DNA of 64,000 nt from an uncultured bacterium (GTDB lineage Bacteria; Acidobacteriota; HRBIN11; JAKEFK01): positions 128,001-192,000 of the forward strand of contig CAVZQN010000004.1 of the NCBI GenBank assembly GCA_963777505.1. The letters are read 5' to 3'. The translations under genes were made by a program, and so were the position numbers. Every line of letters starts with the position of its first letter. The stretch's first letter is position 1. The notes under the pieces are model-generated. The model was not told the DNA's origin. It worked only from the letters and a program-made list of their open reading frames with translations, and made no database searches. Below are positions 30,191-40,642 of this stretch, piece after piece.

Positions 30191-31246
30191 ATGTCTATTG
30201 CCATGATCGGAGATTTACTCGGTTCAGATGCTGATAAATTGTTGAAACACGAATGTAAGGGAATTACAAAAGATCAACTGACTTTGCCTGGCCCGGATTT
30301 TGTTCTTAGGGTTGTTAAAGAAACGGATCGCAATCTTCAGGTATTGCGTAATTTTCAAAGCATTTTTGATCATGGTCGGTTAAAGGGTACAGGATATGTC
30401 TCGATTCTTCCTGTTGATCAGGGCATTGAACATTCAGCGGGTGCATCCTTTGCGCCTAATCCTGCTTATTTTGACCCTGAAAATATTGTTAAGCTTGCGA
30501 TAGAAGGCGGATGCAATGCCGTCGCTTCAACATTTGGTGCTCTTGGGAGTGTTGCACGAAAATATGCTCACCAAATTCCATTCATCGTAAAGATCAATCA
30601 CAATGAGTTTCTTACGTACCCGAATAAGTATGATCAAATCATGTTTGGTAATGTAAAGCAGGCTTGGGACCTTGGTGCAACTGCTGTGGGTGCCACAATC
30701 TATTTCGGATCGCCAGAAGGAACAAGACAAATTCAAGAAGTAGCCCAGGCTTTCTCATTGGCTCACGAACTTGGTATGGTAACAATTCTCTGGTGTTATT
30801 TGCGGAATCCCGCTTTCAAAGTCGGAGAGACTGATTATCACGTAGCAGCAGATTTAACCGGACAGGCAAATCATCTGGGTGTGACAATCGAAGCTGACAT
30901 CATTAAACAAAAAATGCCTGAAAATAACGGTGGTTATAACGCTTTGAAGTTTGGAAAAACTCACAAGAAGGTATATGAACAGCTGACGAGCGACCATCCG
31001 ATCGATTTAACACGGTATCAAGTGGCAAATTGTTTTATGGGTAGATCAGGATTGATTAATTCAGGCGGAGCGTCGGGAACAAATGATCTTGCCGATGCTG
31101 TACGTACGGCTATCGTCAATAAACGCGCGGGAGGAATGGGTTTAATTTCAGGCCGGAAAGCATTTCAAAAACCGATGTCCGATGGAGTAAAACTTCTCAA
31201 CGCAATACAAGATGTCTATCTTGCAAAAGAAATTACAATTGCCTAG
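30191..31246 (+). CDS. fbaB: Class I fructose-bisphosphate aldolase (DhnA/FbaB)
   Basis: [32 protein letters not shown] (Schiff-base Lys), [10 protein letters not shown]. Confidence 0.96.
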   Translation: MSIAMIGDLLGSDADKLLKHECKGITKDQLTLPGPDFVLRVVKETDRNLQVLRNFQSIFDHGRLKGTGYVSILPVDQGIEHSAGASFAPNPAYFDPENIVKLAIEGGCNAVASTFGALGSVARKYAHQIPFIVKINHNEFLTYPNKYDQIMFGNVKQAWDLGATAVGATIYFGSPEGTRQIQEVAQAFSLAHELGMVTILWCYLRNPAFKVGETDYHVAADLTGQANHLGVTIEADIIKQKMPENNGGYNALKFGKTHKKVYEQLTSDHPIDLTRYQVANCFMGRSGLINSGGASGTNDLADAVRTAIVNKRAGGMGLISGRKAFQKPMSDGVKLLNAIQDVYLAKEITIA

Positions 31247-31252
31247 AAAAAA

Positions 31253-31690
31253 ATGAACTGGATTACTGTAGCGCTCATGACCGTTTTGGCCGGTCAACTT
31301 GTCGCTGTTTTTTACATGATTTATCGCGTGTGGAAAGAATTTTCTTTCACTGTCCAGGAAACACAACGATTGCAGGAACCAATAGAGAATCTGATTCAAG
31401 ATGGAAGAAGGCTTCAGGTTCTTGCTGACTCTTTATCTGGGCATTGGAATCATGTGAGTAATCAAGCACGAGAAGTTATCGAGATCGGCCGCGATACCTC
31501 AGCGCAGGTAGGAACACTTGTTGCAGCAGCGAATGCACTACGCTCACCGAGCGTAAAGCTTGCAATCCGTTACGGACGAGATTGGTATGAGGAACGCAGA
31601 GCAAATCCTATCGTTCGAACTTTCAAACGTGTAACACGAAACTTTAGAAAAAAAATTTGGAAATTGAAAGAACGATTGCAAAATGATTAA
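31253..31690 (+). CDS. Membrane-anchored coiled-coil protein (DUF948-like)
   Basis: N-terminal TM then a helical region; 6 bp after fbaB. Confidence 0.6.
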   Translation: MNWITVALMTVLAGQLVAVFYMIYRVWKEFSFTVQETQRLQEPIENLIQDGRRLQVLADSLSGHWNHVSNQAREVIEIGRDTSAQVGTLVAAANALRSPSVKLAIRYGRDWYEERRANPIVRTFKRVTRNFRKKIWKLKERLQND

Positions 31691-31764
31691 CCCGATATCT
31701 TGCAAGAGAAAGCTTCTCGGATTGATTGTTCCATCCAGTTTCTGTAGGCTAGAATCAAGATAAG

Positions 31765-33513
31765 ATGCGGTTAATCGTCAATCCAGGTTCCCAGGAAAGA
31801 CAGGAATTCGACCTCAAAGAAGGACCCAACACAGTCGGCCGGGCCCGTGACAACGACATCGTCATTCTGGATCAAAGTCTATCTCGTCACCATGCAAGAA
31901 TTGATGTAAGCCGTCAGCGCATCAAAATTAGCGATCTGCAAAGCCGCAATGGAACATGGCTTAATGGAACAAAGGTTGAAGAAGGGATACTCAGACATGG
32001 TGATTTGATTAAATGGGGTGACGTGAGATGCGCAGTTGTCGAAGATACGGCTGCTATCGTTAAGGAAATTCCCGGAGATCTTTCGGATATTTCACTCGAA
32101 GCACTTGTAGAACGAAGTCAAAAAAGTGTTTCAAGAGACCGGCTGAAAATCTTTCTTAAAGTTACGCAGCTGCTTTCATCACCAACAGCACTCGATGCCT
32201 TAATGCAAATGATTCTGGATTTGTTATTCCAGATTATGTCTGTTGAACGTGCAGTCATATTACTTGTGAATGAAGAAACAGGAGAACTCGAACCGAGATA
32301 TGCAAAGCATGCGGATCAGGCACGTAAGGACCGTTACAGTTCGACTGTTATTCAGTATGTAATGGAAAAACATGTCTCAGTGTTGTCATCCGATGCGACA
32401 CAAGATGATCGGTTTGGCGCATCAAACTCAATTCACAATGAATCGATCCGTTCTACGATGTGTGTTCCGTTGAAGGTCCGCGATAAAATGCTCGGCGTAC
32501 TTTACGCAGATAATCTTTCTGTGCCATATCAGTTTGCTGAACAGGAACTTGAATTTCTTGCAGGATTTGCAAATCAGGCTGCAGTCGCTCTGGAAAATTC
32601 GCTGCTTTACACACATATTGAAGAGCAATCCAAAATGCGAGAAACGGAACTCTTGCGCCTGGTAGAAGAGCGAACTCGGAATTTATCAGAGGCACTGATT
32701 GAGGCGGATCATGCGAGAAAAGAAGCCGAACGTCAGGCCGAAATTGCAGAACTTGCAATGGCCGGTGCCAAAGACGCGAACATGGCGAAAAGTCAGTTCC
32801 TTGCAAATATCAGTCACGAACTTCGAACGCCTCTGAATGCCATCATCGGTTACAGCGAAATCCTGGAAGAAGAGGTAGATACTACGAATGAACTTGCAAC
32901 AGACCTGAAGAAAATTAAAGCAGCAGCAAAACATTTGCTCGTGCTAATTAACGACATCCTGGATTTATCAAAAATTGAAGCCGGCAAAATGGACCTGAAT
33001 ATCGAAACTTTCAGATTACATAACCTGATGGATGATGTCGTTTCAACCATAAGACCTCTAGTGGAAAAACATCTGAATCAACTTCATGTTGATTGTTCTG
33101 AGGATGCCGGTTTCATGCGTGCAGATCTAACCCGTATCAGGCAAATTCTTTTGAATCTATTAAGTAATGCTTGTAAATTCACAGAAAATGGCGACATCTT
33201 TATCAGCGTTCATCGTGAGCCGAATGAAGCCGGAGATTGGATTATCTTTCGAGTTCGCGATACAGGGATCGGAATCAATGAAGAACAGCAAGGAAGGTTG
33301 TTTCAACCATTCACACAAGCGGATTCATCTACAACCCGTAAGTATGGTGGAACCGGTTTGGGGTTGGTGATCAGCCGGAGATTCTGTCAAATGATGAATG
33401 GTGATATCGGTGTTGAAAGTGAACCAGAAAAAGGCGCAACCTTTACAGTGCGTCTACCGGCACAAGTCCAGGAACAAGAAACCGAGGCTTCAGCTTCTCT
33501 TCGATTGAGTTAG
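31765..33513 (+). CDS. FHA-GAF sensor histidine kinase
   Basis: FHA (VGR, SRHHA, SRNGT); GAF (STMCVPL..GVLYAD); SHELRTPL, NACKFT, DTGIGI, GGTGLGL; no TM. Confidence 0.93.
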   Translation: MRLIVNPGSQERQEFDLKEGPNTVGRARDNDIVILDQSLSRHHARIDVSRQRIKISDLQSRNGTWLNGTKVEEGILRHGDLIKWGDVRCAVVEDTAAIVKEIPGDLSDISLEALVERSQKSVSRDRLKIFLKVTQLLSSPTALDALMQMILDLLFQIMSVERAVILLVNEETGELEPRYAKHADQARKDRYSSTVIQYVMEKHVSVLSSDATQDDRFGASNSIHNESIRSTMCVPLKVRDKMLGVLYADNLSVPYQFAEQELEFLAGFANQAAVALENSLLYTHIEEQSKMRETELLRLVEERTRNLSEALIEADHARKEAERQAEIAELAMAGAKDANMAKSQFLANISHELRTPLNAIIGYSEILEEEVDTTNELATDLKKIKAAAKHLLVLINDILDLSKIEAGKMDLNIETFRLHNLMDDVVSTIRPLVEKHLNQLHVDCSEDAGFMRADLTRIRQILLNLLSNACKFTENGDIFISVHREPNEAGDWIIFRVRDTGIGINEEQQGRLFQPFTQADSSTTRKYGGTGLGLVISRRFCQMMNGDIGVESEPEKGATFTVRLPAQVQEQETEASASLRLS

Positions 33514-33564
33514 ATAACGCGCCCCATTCCTCCTTCCCCAATAAAGGCGACAAACTTATAGCGA

Positions 33565-34929
33565 TCACTTTATTCTGTAAACCTTCTGTTTTTGATACGA
33601 GATGCAGTATACTTGCGGCCTTTTGCTCGGGCCATATTCTTTTTCGCAATCTCCAACTATTTTCGAATCAATCGTCCAATCATGATACAAAAGATGAATA
33701 GTAGAAGAAAAAACAACTTCATCAAAGAAATCAGGACCTGAATCGAAAAGGAGCAGACTATTTTTTCGCGGCTTCAACGGTTGCATAAGATGAACCAACC
33801 GTTTAACCTGATTCCCCTCTCGTAAATACGCATCTTCTTTTAGCCGTTTCACGTGTATGTTGTGCCATGAATATGCTGTAAACAAAACGATTAGAAATAA
33901 ATAGAGAAAAACTTTCCTTCCTCGATTGTCTGATAAATACACTTCTGTGCTTTTGTAGAGTTCCGCAACATAGACGCATATACCAAACAATGGAACGTAA
34001 AGAAAGAAATCCTGGCGATGTGTGGCAAGAAATAGTACAGGAGCAAGCGCCGCACAAAAGCATGCATAACCAAACTGAAGTGACTTGTTTTTCGTTAATA
34101 CTGCGATGATTGCTGCAAAAACCGCTACCAGCCAGCCGACATTACTTTCTTCTGGGTTTTGAACAATCGTATTCCAGTAAAACAGAATGTTGACGCCCAG
34201 TGAGTGAAAGTCCAACGCGTAAGCATGACCTTTTGCAGTTAAGATTCCCGCTATTATCTTTGGTAGACCCAAAACGAATGCGATCGCAAAAAAGGGAATC
34301 AGCTTCTTAATATTCCATCGGGAGGTCATTAACAGCTCGTAGAATAAGAGAAGGAAGGGTAAAGCGAATGCCATTTCCTTTGTTCTGCAAGCAAAGAAGA
34401 AGGAAACAAGCGATAGCGCAAAAAGGATGCTGAACGTCTTGTTTGCCTTCACGTATAAGAGAAATGAAAGGAACATCAAAGTGCCGCACAATACATCAAA
34501 TATTGAACTGAACTTCCAATAGGCAGGGATTGCGGCAGGATGAAATGCAAACAGAATTCCACCTAAAAATGCTGCAAATGATCTCTTCGTGAAATCGCGA
34601 ATCAGAAGGAAGACGATCGTGGTGTTAAATAAATGCAGTATGGATGTTGCAAGATGATATTTTGAGAAGTCGATGCCAAATAACTTGTAGCACAAATTGT
34701 AAAAAAGGGCTCCTGCCGGCCTGTAAGTATGAATCGTTGCATTGGTCAGAGGGTTGAATGTGTCTATCAGAAATTGAACGGGAGACTTTATGTGTCCCCA
34801 CGACAAATTATGGAGATCATGCATGTCGAAGTAATATCCAAATGCTTTAAAGGTCAGTGTGAAGAAGTAGACGGAAGCGACAGCTATAAAGAATATGAGT
34901 TCGGCTTGTTCATGCCGCTGCGATTTCAT
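33565..34929 (-). CDS. GT-C fold membrane glycosyltransferase-like protein
   Basis: Multi-TM; YRP motif, YHL.S..LH.FN, LFAFHP, TKE; paralog of 39119-40567. Confidence 0.7.
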   Translation of the reverse strand: MKSQRHEQAELIFFIAVASVYFFTLTFKAFGYYFDMHDLHNLSWGHIKSPVQFLIDTFNPLTNATIHTYRPAGALFYNLCYKLFGIDFSKYHLATSILHLFNTTIVFLLIRDFTKRSFAAFLGGILFAFHPAAIPAYWKFSSIFDVLCGTLMFLSFLLYVKANKTFSILFALSLVSFFFACRTKEMAFALPFLLLFYELLMTSRWNIKKLIPFFAIAFVLGLPKIIAGILTAKGHAYALDFHSLGVNILFYWNTIVQNPEESNVGWLVAVFAAIIAVLTKNKSLQFGYACFCAALAPVLFLATHRQDFFLYVPLFGICVYVAELYKSTEVYLSDNRGRKVFLYLFLIVLFTAYSWHNIHVKRLKEDAYLREGNQVKRLVHLMQPLKPRKNSLLLFDSGPDFFDEVVFSSTIHLLYHDWTIDSKIVGDCEKEYGPSKRPQVYCISYQKQKVYRIK

Positions 34930-34969
34930 CGATGATTTAGCCTATGAGTGACACACAAGATTATAATAG

Positions 34970-37570
34970 ATGGGGCATGTCGAAATTTCCCAAATCCAAA
35001 TGAGGGATAATTTCAGGTTAAGCGAAGTAAATAGATTCCAGGTACTAATCCCGCTCGCGTTTTTCATCCTTCTTTTCGTTTCGTTATATTTCTACTTGCC
35101 ATTGATGTTTCAGGTTCCGACTCGGGCACCATCCATCTATTATTTTCGGACTTTCATGCTTCCCCTAGCATTAGTTCACATTGCAAGTTGCATTTGTCTC
35201 GCGCTTCTTCTTCCCGGGAAAGTATCCAGAATGTTTGTATTCTGGCTGGTTTCTTTGTTATTGGTCTTAATCTTCGGAGGTGTTTCGCACCTTCTAGCAT
35301 TCTTATTATTTTTGATTCTTGCATTATGTTTGTTCGAATTTGGTGCGGCGGTTACCAGAAGTTTTCTTGGGGAAGAGCAGCAACAGTTCGGGCTTTCACT
35401 AGGGATCGGTATTCTTTCCTTATCTTTGCTTAGTTCCTATTTGTCTTCTTTCAAATTGCTTCACTTCAACAGTCTGCTTCTGATTTTCATCGCGATTTGG
35501 ATTTTTCTTTTGTTGACGAAACAAATCGTCTTTGTTCAACGCCTCAAGAATCTGAAGGAAGAGCTCCAAGCGAACTGGAATATTTCTACAATCATCGCGA
35601 TCGAGGGCTTATTTCTATTATGTGCTTATATGATTGTTGACTGCACTGCGCCAGAGAATGCTTCCGATTCGGCCAGATTTTACTGGCCTTACATAAAACT
35701 TCTAAAACATAATTCCGGTTTTTTTCATAATCCCTATCAATGGAGCTATGTAGTTCCTCAAGCCTGCTTGACGTACGTAGGATCTATTTATGTTTTATTT
35801 GGAGCGATCGTTGTGCGATGGTCGATGTTTCTTGTATGGATCACACTGATCGCTCTCATTGTCCGTGGAAAAGTGAACGCCGAACTTGGGTTGAAGGTCA
35901 GTGTCGCAATTGTACTTGGATCTTTACCCCTTCTATTAAGACCCTCCACCACACTTATGAACGATTCATTTGTTTGTCTGGTTATTCTGGTACTTTGCAT
36001 AGTGTGTATTGAAAACAAAGTTTATGAAACTCGGAGATTGTACTTTGCAATTGGCGTAATCTCAGGATTGGCATGGGCTACTAAATTCTCAACTCCCTTG
36101 TACACAGCGCCTGCAATGGTTTATGTGTTGTGTCGTTCAATAAAGGTGACTGGTTGGTTCCAGACAATCAAAAGGTTCTCAATTTTAGTTGTGGGTCTGC
36201 TTTTGGGTTGTGCTCCATGGTTATGGAATTTACAGCAGCAAACTAAAAATCCGTTCTTTCCCTTGTTTTCTTCCTTCTTTTACTCCGATCTTTGGCCATC
36301 AGGAATTGATTTTGGAAATCTAGAGAACTTTAAACTTCCTGATGGCCTCAGAGGCTTGTTGCTTTGGCCGATCGAATTGACCTACAACACTCATTCGTAT
36401 GTTGAAGGTTTTGATGGAGAACTCGGATTGATTCTGCCTTTCCTGTTTCTCTTGCTGATCCCTGCAATCAATAAAATGAATTCTTCTGCAAAGTTGTTTG
36501 TATTATTTGGGATTACTGGCACCCTCATACTTTGGACTAAAACGATTTACATCCGTTATTGGTTGCCAGGCTTGTGTTTGTTAACTGCCGCGGCCGTTCC
36601 TGCAGCCGTTTCTCTTTTTCGCAAAAACATTCGCTGGAAAGTTAGTTTTTGTGTTGTTTCGATGTTTATTTGTTTCGCACAGATTCCATTTGAGATGTTA
36701 ATGTCATTCACAGATCCGCTTGGTTTTCCAACCGATGTTTATTCGGGCAAAATTTCGGAAGAACAATACATAGAACGTTCATATCCCGGTTTTCAAAAAT
36801 TCCAAAAACACCTTTCCGCCGCGAACGAAAAATTTCCTCGAATGTGGTTTACAGATTATGAAGGCGCAGGCCATATGAATGTTGAACCGATGGAAGCTGC
36901 TCTATGGGAGTTGCGTCGCCATGGAATCAATCATCCACGGGATTTGATTCAGTATCTTCATTCAAAGGAATGCAAATATTGGGTTGTTAACAAGGCAGGC
37001 GGTCAAGCAGCTTGGTTTCAGTTGCTTGGACTCAGTCCGTTTTTATGGCTTTCAGGAAACGAAATAGATTCAAAAGGAAATAATACTTTATACAAAATGG
37101 CAACGCAGGAAGAAGCACTTCATCTTTATGATAGTCGAGCAAATTCAGCTACGGAGTTGTTGATTAACGGCGGGTTTGAAAAGAATGGTTATCCAGTGAA
37201 GAAGCATTGGCTCTTTGAAGGAGATACCGAATGGGATGATCAAGAGCCAGCTATTAAACTTCCTCCAGGATCCGCTCTATCGCAAACGATTCCGCTCCCA
37301 CCTTCTTTGAACAAGATTTTGATAACAATCAAATCGCAAACAAAGTCGTCACCTGAAGAGGCAAAATTTTCTGTTGCCGTTTTGTGGAAAAAGCATGGCA
37401 CTGGCACTTTTCATCAGGATAAATCGGTATTTATTGCAAGTCATTCCTTCCAAGTTGATGAGATGCTAGCGGCGGTTCCATCAAAAGCAGCCTGGGTTGA
37501 ACTTTACATTTCCAATGCTGCGGACAGTCAGGAAATTATGATCAATGAAGTGCATGTTATTTCGCAGTAG
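34970..37570 (+). CDS. Large GT-C-like membrane protein with a C-terminal CBM-like domain
   Basis: About 15+ TM; PENASDS..Y, ND, GLAWATKF, NPFFP, RYWLP; C-terminal LLINGGFE beta-sandwich. Confidence 0.65.
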   Translation: MGHVEISQIQMRDNFRLSEVNRFQVLIPLAFFILLFVSLYFYLPLMFQVPTRAPSIYYFRTFMLPLALVHIASCICLALLLPGKVSRMFVFWLVSLLLVLIFGGVSHLLAFLLFLILALCLFEFGAAVTRSFLGEEQQQFGLSLGIGILSLSLLSSYLSSFKLLHFNSLLLIFIAIWIFLLLTKQIVFVQRLKNLKEELQANWNISTIIAIEGLFLLCAYMIVDCTAPENASDSARFYWPYIKLLKHNSGFFHNPYQWSYVVPQACLTYVGSIYVLFGAIVVRWSMFLVWITLIALIVRGKVNAELGLKVSVAIVLGSLPLLLRPSTTLMNDSFVCLVILVLCIVCIENKVYETRRLYFAIGVISGLAWATKFSTPLYTAPAMVYVLCRSIKVTGWFQTIKRFSILVVGLLLGCAPWLWNLQQQTKNPFFPLFSSFFYSDLWPSGIDFGNLENFKLPDGLRGLLLWPIELTYNTHSYVEGFDGELGLILPFLFLLLIPAINKMNSSAKLFVLFGITGTLILWTKTIYIRYWLPGLCLLTAAAVPAAVSLFRKNIRWKVSFCVVSMFICFAQIPFEMLMSFTDPLGFPTDVYSGKISEEQYIERSYPGFQKFQKHLSAANEKFPRMWFTDYEGAGHMNVEPMEAALWELRRHGINHPRDLIQYLHSKECKYWVVNKAGGQAAWFQLLGLSPFLWLSGNEIDSKGNNTLYKMATQEEALHLYDSRANSATELLINGGFEKNGYPVKKHWLFEGDTEWDDQEPAIKLPPGSALSQTIPLPPSLNKILITIKSQTKSSPEEAKFSVAVLWKKHGTGTFHQDKSVFIASHSFQVDEMLAAVPSKAAWVELYISNAADSQEIMINEVHVISQ

Positions 37571-37575
37571 AGAAA

Positions 37576-38598
37576 TCATTCGGCTGAAGACCATTCTGTT
37601 TCAAACATTGCGTTTAGCAACTTGAGGTTCTCATCCAGAGTTGGATAGTGCTTCTTATCACCTTTAATGACGTGTGAAATCAGCCGATACGCGATTTCGA
37701 TATAACCTTCGAGCCAACCCATACCGTGATAAGGATCCTGTTTGGAGCCAAAGTGACTGTCATGACGCGCGAGAATTGAACGGTTGCGTCCTTCACCAAG
37801 AAGAATTTCATCAGCCGTTAAGAATTCCCACTTCGCGTATTTTTTAGACCCGATTATGTTTATTTCAAAATGGTTTGGAGAGCCATGAACTGTTTTTGAG
37901 ATTGAGCCGAATGCGCCGCGTTCTTTTGAGAAATTCACAGCGATTTGAACGTGGGAATCTCGGTGTGAAGCCGCTGCATTTTTGAAGGATCGCCAACCGT
38001 GAATGTTTGGATTGAATGCGCCATACAGGAAGCAAACTGCATCGAGCCAATGAATGCCAAGATCCAGATACGTATCATATTCTCCCGACAATCGGACATC
38101 GTCTTTCCAGCTCTGCGATAATTGATCCGCTGATAACAGCGCGCGCTCTGCAAGAGAAGGATGCCAGTAACGTCCTTCGATTGTTATTAGCTCTCCAAAT
38201 TCTTTCCTCTCAATCATTCCTTTCAATTGTTGAAGGCCCCACGTTTGTCTGTAAACCTGCAAAATGGCCGTTGGTGTTTGTACATTTTGAAGTTTTTTGA
38301 GTTGTTCCATATTTACACAAGCGGGTTTTTCACAGAGGATTGCGTCAAATCCTGCTTGATCGGCATCATGAATTGCATCTGCATGCAGCCCGTGTGGATT
38401 TGCAACACACAATAATGCATGCTTATATTTCTTCCGTTCATCCGCAAGTGCAGCTCCTCGTTTCAGCCAAATAGGATCTTGAATGCTTAATTCAGGATGC
38501 AAAATATTTACAACAGCTAAACTCTTTGCGATCGCTTTGCCCGCCCGGCCAGTCCCAAGGATAAGAGGAGTCATTTGGAGAACCTCCATCGATTTCAA
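37576..38598 (-). CDS. Gfo/Idh/MocA family oxidoreductase
   Basis: GTGRAG Rossmann loop, NPHGLH, LCEKP, DLGIHWLD. Confidence 0.85.
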   Translation of the reverse strand: MKSMEVLQMTPLILGTGRAGKAIAKSLAVVNILHPELSIQDPIWLKRGAALADERKKYKHALLCVANPHGLHADAIHDADQAGFDAILCEKPACVNMEQLKKLQNVQTPTAILQVYRQTWGLQQLKGMIERKEFGELITIEGRYWHPSLAERALLSADQLSQSWKDDVRLSGEYDTYLDLGIHWLDAVCFLYGAFNPNIHGWRSFKNAAASHRDSHVQIAVNFSKERGAFGSISKTVHGSPNHFEINIIGSKKYAKWEFLTADEILLGEGRNRSILARHDSHFGSKQDPYHGMGWLEGYIEIAYRLISHVIKGDKKHYPTLDENLKLLNAMFETEWSSAE

Positions 38599-38655
38599 TT
38601 AACTTAATTATAGGATTATACGGATGAATAGATTCTTGGATGATGGATTGGAGGA

Positions 38656-39111
38656 ATGATGGAATGGAAAATGAACCCAATTGGATTCATCCGATGCGCC
38701 TATATGGAAACATCGCAGATTCCAAAAGGTCTTGGAGCCGAACATAATGCTGAAGGAATTTTGGAAGTACTTTCCGAATATGAGGAAGGTCTTCTCGATA
38801 TTGAAGGATTTTCGCATCTTTTTGTGATCTGGATTTTTGATCGGTCAAAGCCTGCTGAACTGATTGGAACACCACCCAGTGATAACAAGCCGCATGGAGT
38901 CTTTGCGACGCGTTCACCATACAGGCCGAATCCTATCGGACTCACAACAGTGGAACTCATTGCGCGGGATGGAAACAAGCTTCGACTTCGTGGAATTGAC
39001 ATGCTTGATGGTACACCTGTGTTGGATGTCAAACCATATTTATCCAATGTTCCAAATGAAATTCTAAAACGCGGTTGGCTGGCTGAAGCAGAAAAGCGCA
39101 AAAAGATTTGA
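38656..39111 (+). CDS. trmO: tRNA (N6-threonylcarbamoyl-A37) methyltransferase TrmO (short form)
   Basis: PIGFI, GFSHL, GVFATRSPYRPNPIGLT, GIDMLDGTPVLDVKPY. Confidence 0.92.
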   Translation: MMEWKMNPIGFIRCAYMETSQIPKGLGAEHNAEGILEVLSEYEEGLLDIEGFSHLFVIWIFDRSKPAELIGTPPSDNKPHGVFATRSPYRPNPIGLTTVELIARDGNKLRLRGIDMLDGTPVLDVKPYLSNVPNEILKRGWLAEAEKRKKI

Positions 39112-39118
39112 AGTAGTC

Positions 39119-40567
39119 TTACTGTGGACGACTTACTTCTGATTGCTCATCGCTAATTGTTTGGTCTCTCCACACTTTCACTTTCCGATCTTTGAATGAA
39201 ATACAGAAAACATCAGTTTCTTTCAGAAGAGGTATATTTTTGTTGCAATCAGGAATCGATTGGGTTGTAACCGTGTAATCATGGAATAGAAGATGAAGGG
39301 CTGCGAATACGCCTGATTCAAACCTTAATGACCACGGCGCAGAATCGTAATAATAAACTGATTTTGGTCTCGGCTTATAAGGTGCGAGCATTTTTACGAA
39401 TTCACGGTTTTCCTTAGCGATGACTAAATATTTCTCCTCAATGCCCTTCTTTAATTCCCAATTCCGCTGAGAGTGCAGGATCAATAAAGCAATCACTACA
39501 ACATATAATTGTGGCAAGAATCTACCGCCCTTTCTTTTCATGACTTGTTGAATGCAGTAAAAAAGTTCAGCCGTATAAATAGATACTCCTATCAACGGGA
39601 TATACATGTGAAAATCCGCGCGCCGATGGGCTAGAGGTAATATTGGAAGGAGCGAAATAATGGTCAATGAATAACTAAAAGCAAGAGTCCTGCTTTTAAA
39701 AATGAATGGAAGAATGCCGAGTATCGCTAGCAAGAACAAACTCGCGAGCAAAGGAAAACCTGGCTCATAGAGTGCACTCTTAACAAAGTGATTCAGACCG
39801 CCGAGCAGAGAAGAGAAATCAAAATGCAATGAGTAGTCATGATTCGGATTTAATCGAAACGACGCTGACAGCTTTAGGCAACCCGTGATGATTGAAATCA
39901 CTAAAAACGGCCAGACATTTCGAAGAGTTTGTTTGAATGAACTCACAAACGATTCAGACCGGCGATTGACCAGGATTTCAAAAGCAACCAGAACCAGTGG
40001 AAAGGTTAAGGACATTTCCTTTGATCGAAGCGAAAACACAAAGCACAACAGTGAAGCAAGATACCACGAATCAAATTTACCGGAATGTTTTATATAAAAA
40101 AGAAATGAAAGGAGGAGGAATGCTGCAGCTAAAGAGTCAAAGGTTCCATAAAAATACCAATAGATGGGAAGTGCGGTTAGATGAAAAGTGAACAAGAATC
40201 CGCCTGCAAAAACGGCAAATTTCGAAGGAACGAGTTTGGCAATTAATAGGCATACACAGGCAATGTTAAAGAAATGAATCAGCGTTGCGACTAAGTGATA
40301 CGGTAAAAAATTAAGGGCGAAGAGCTTGTAGCAGATGTTATGTAACAGAGATCCAAAAGGACGGTAGAAGCTTGTCTGCTTGAAATGGTTGAAATCGAAT
40401 GTGTCAATAATGAAAGCACTAACCGGAAACTGATGAAGCCATGAAAGTGTGTCGAGATCATCAAAATAAAAGTAATTATTAAACGACTTGTAAGTGAAGA
40501 GGAAATAAAATGCGGAGACAAAAACCGAAAAAATCGCAACTTCTTTCTTAGAAATTTTGTTTTGCAT
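39119..40567 (-). CDS. GT-C fold membrane glycosyltransferase-like protein
   Basis: FYFDD acidic motif after TM1, FYRP, YHL, FTFH, SKE; paralog of 33565-34929. Confidence 0.72.
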   Translation of the reverse strand: MQNKISKKEVAIFSVFVSAFYFLFTYKSFNNYFYFDDLDTLSWLHQFPVSAFIIDTFDFNHFKQTSFYRPFGSLLHNICYKLFALNFLPYHLVATLIHFFNIACVCLLIAKLVPSKFAVFAGGFLFTFHLTALPIYWYFYGTFDSLAAAFLLLSFLFYIKHSGKFDSWYLASLLCFVFSLRSKEMSLTFPLVLVAFEILVNRRSESFVSSFKQTLRNVWPFLVISIITGCLKLSASFRLNPNHDYSLHFDFSSLLGGLNHFVKSALYEPGFPLLASLFLLAILGILPFIFKSRTLAFSYSLTIISLLPILPLAHRRADFHMYIPLIGVSIYTAELFYCIQQVMKRKGGRFLPQLYVVVIALLILHSQRNWELKKGIEEKYLVIAKENREFVKMLAPYKPRPKSVYYYDSAPWSLRFESGVFAALHLLFHDYTVTTQSIPDCNKNIPLLKETDVFCISFKDRKVKVWRDQTISDEQSEVSRPQ

Positions 40568-40642
40568 TTATTTCATAGACAAGTCTGAAGCAATCACAAA
40601 GTTGACCAGTCTGAAGAATAACGGTGGTGTTGAGCGAGTAAA

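Noticed and set aside
7530-32822. Near-identical DNA stretch CAGTTCCTTGCNAATATCAGTCACGAACT in two histidine kinases
   Set aside because: Explained by H-box conservation ([10 protein letters not shown]) between paralogs; not a mobile repeat
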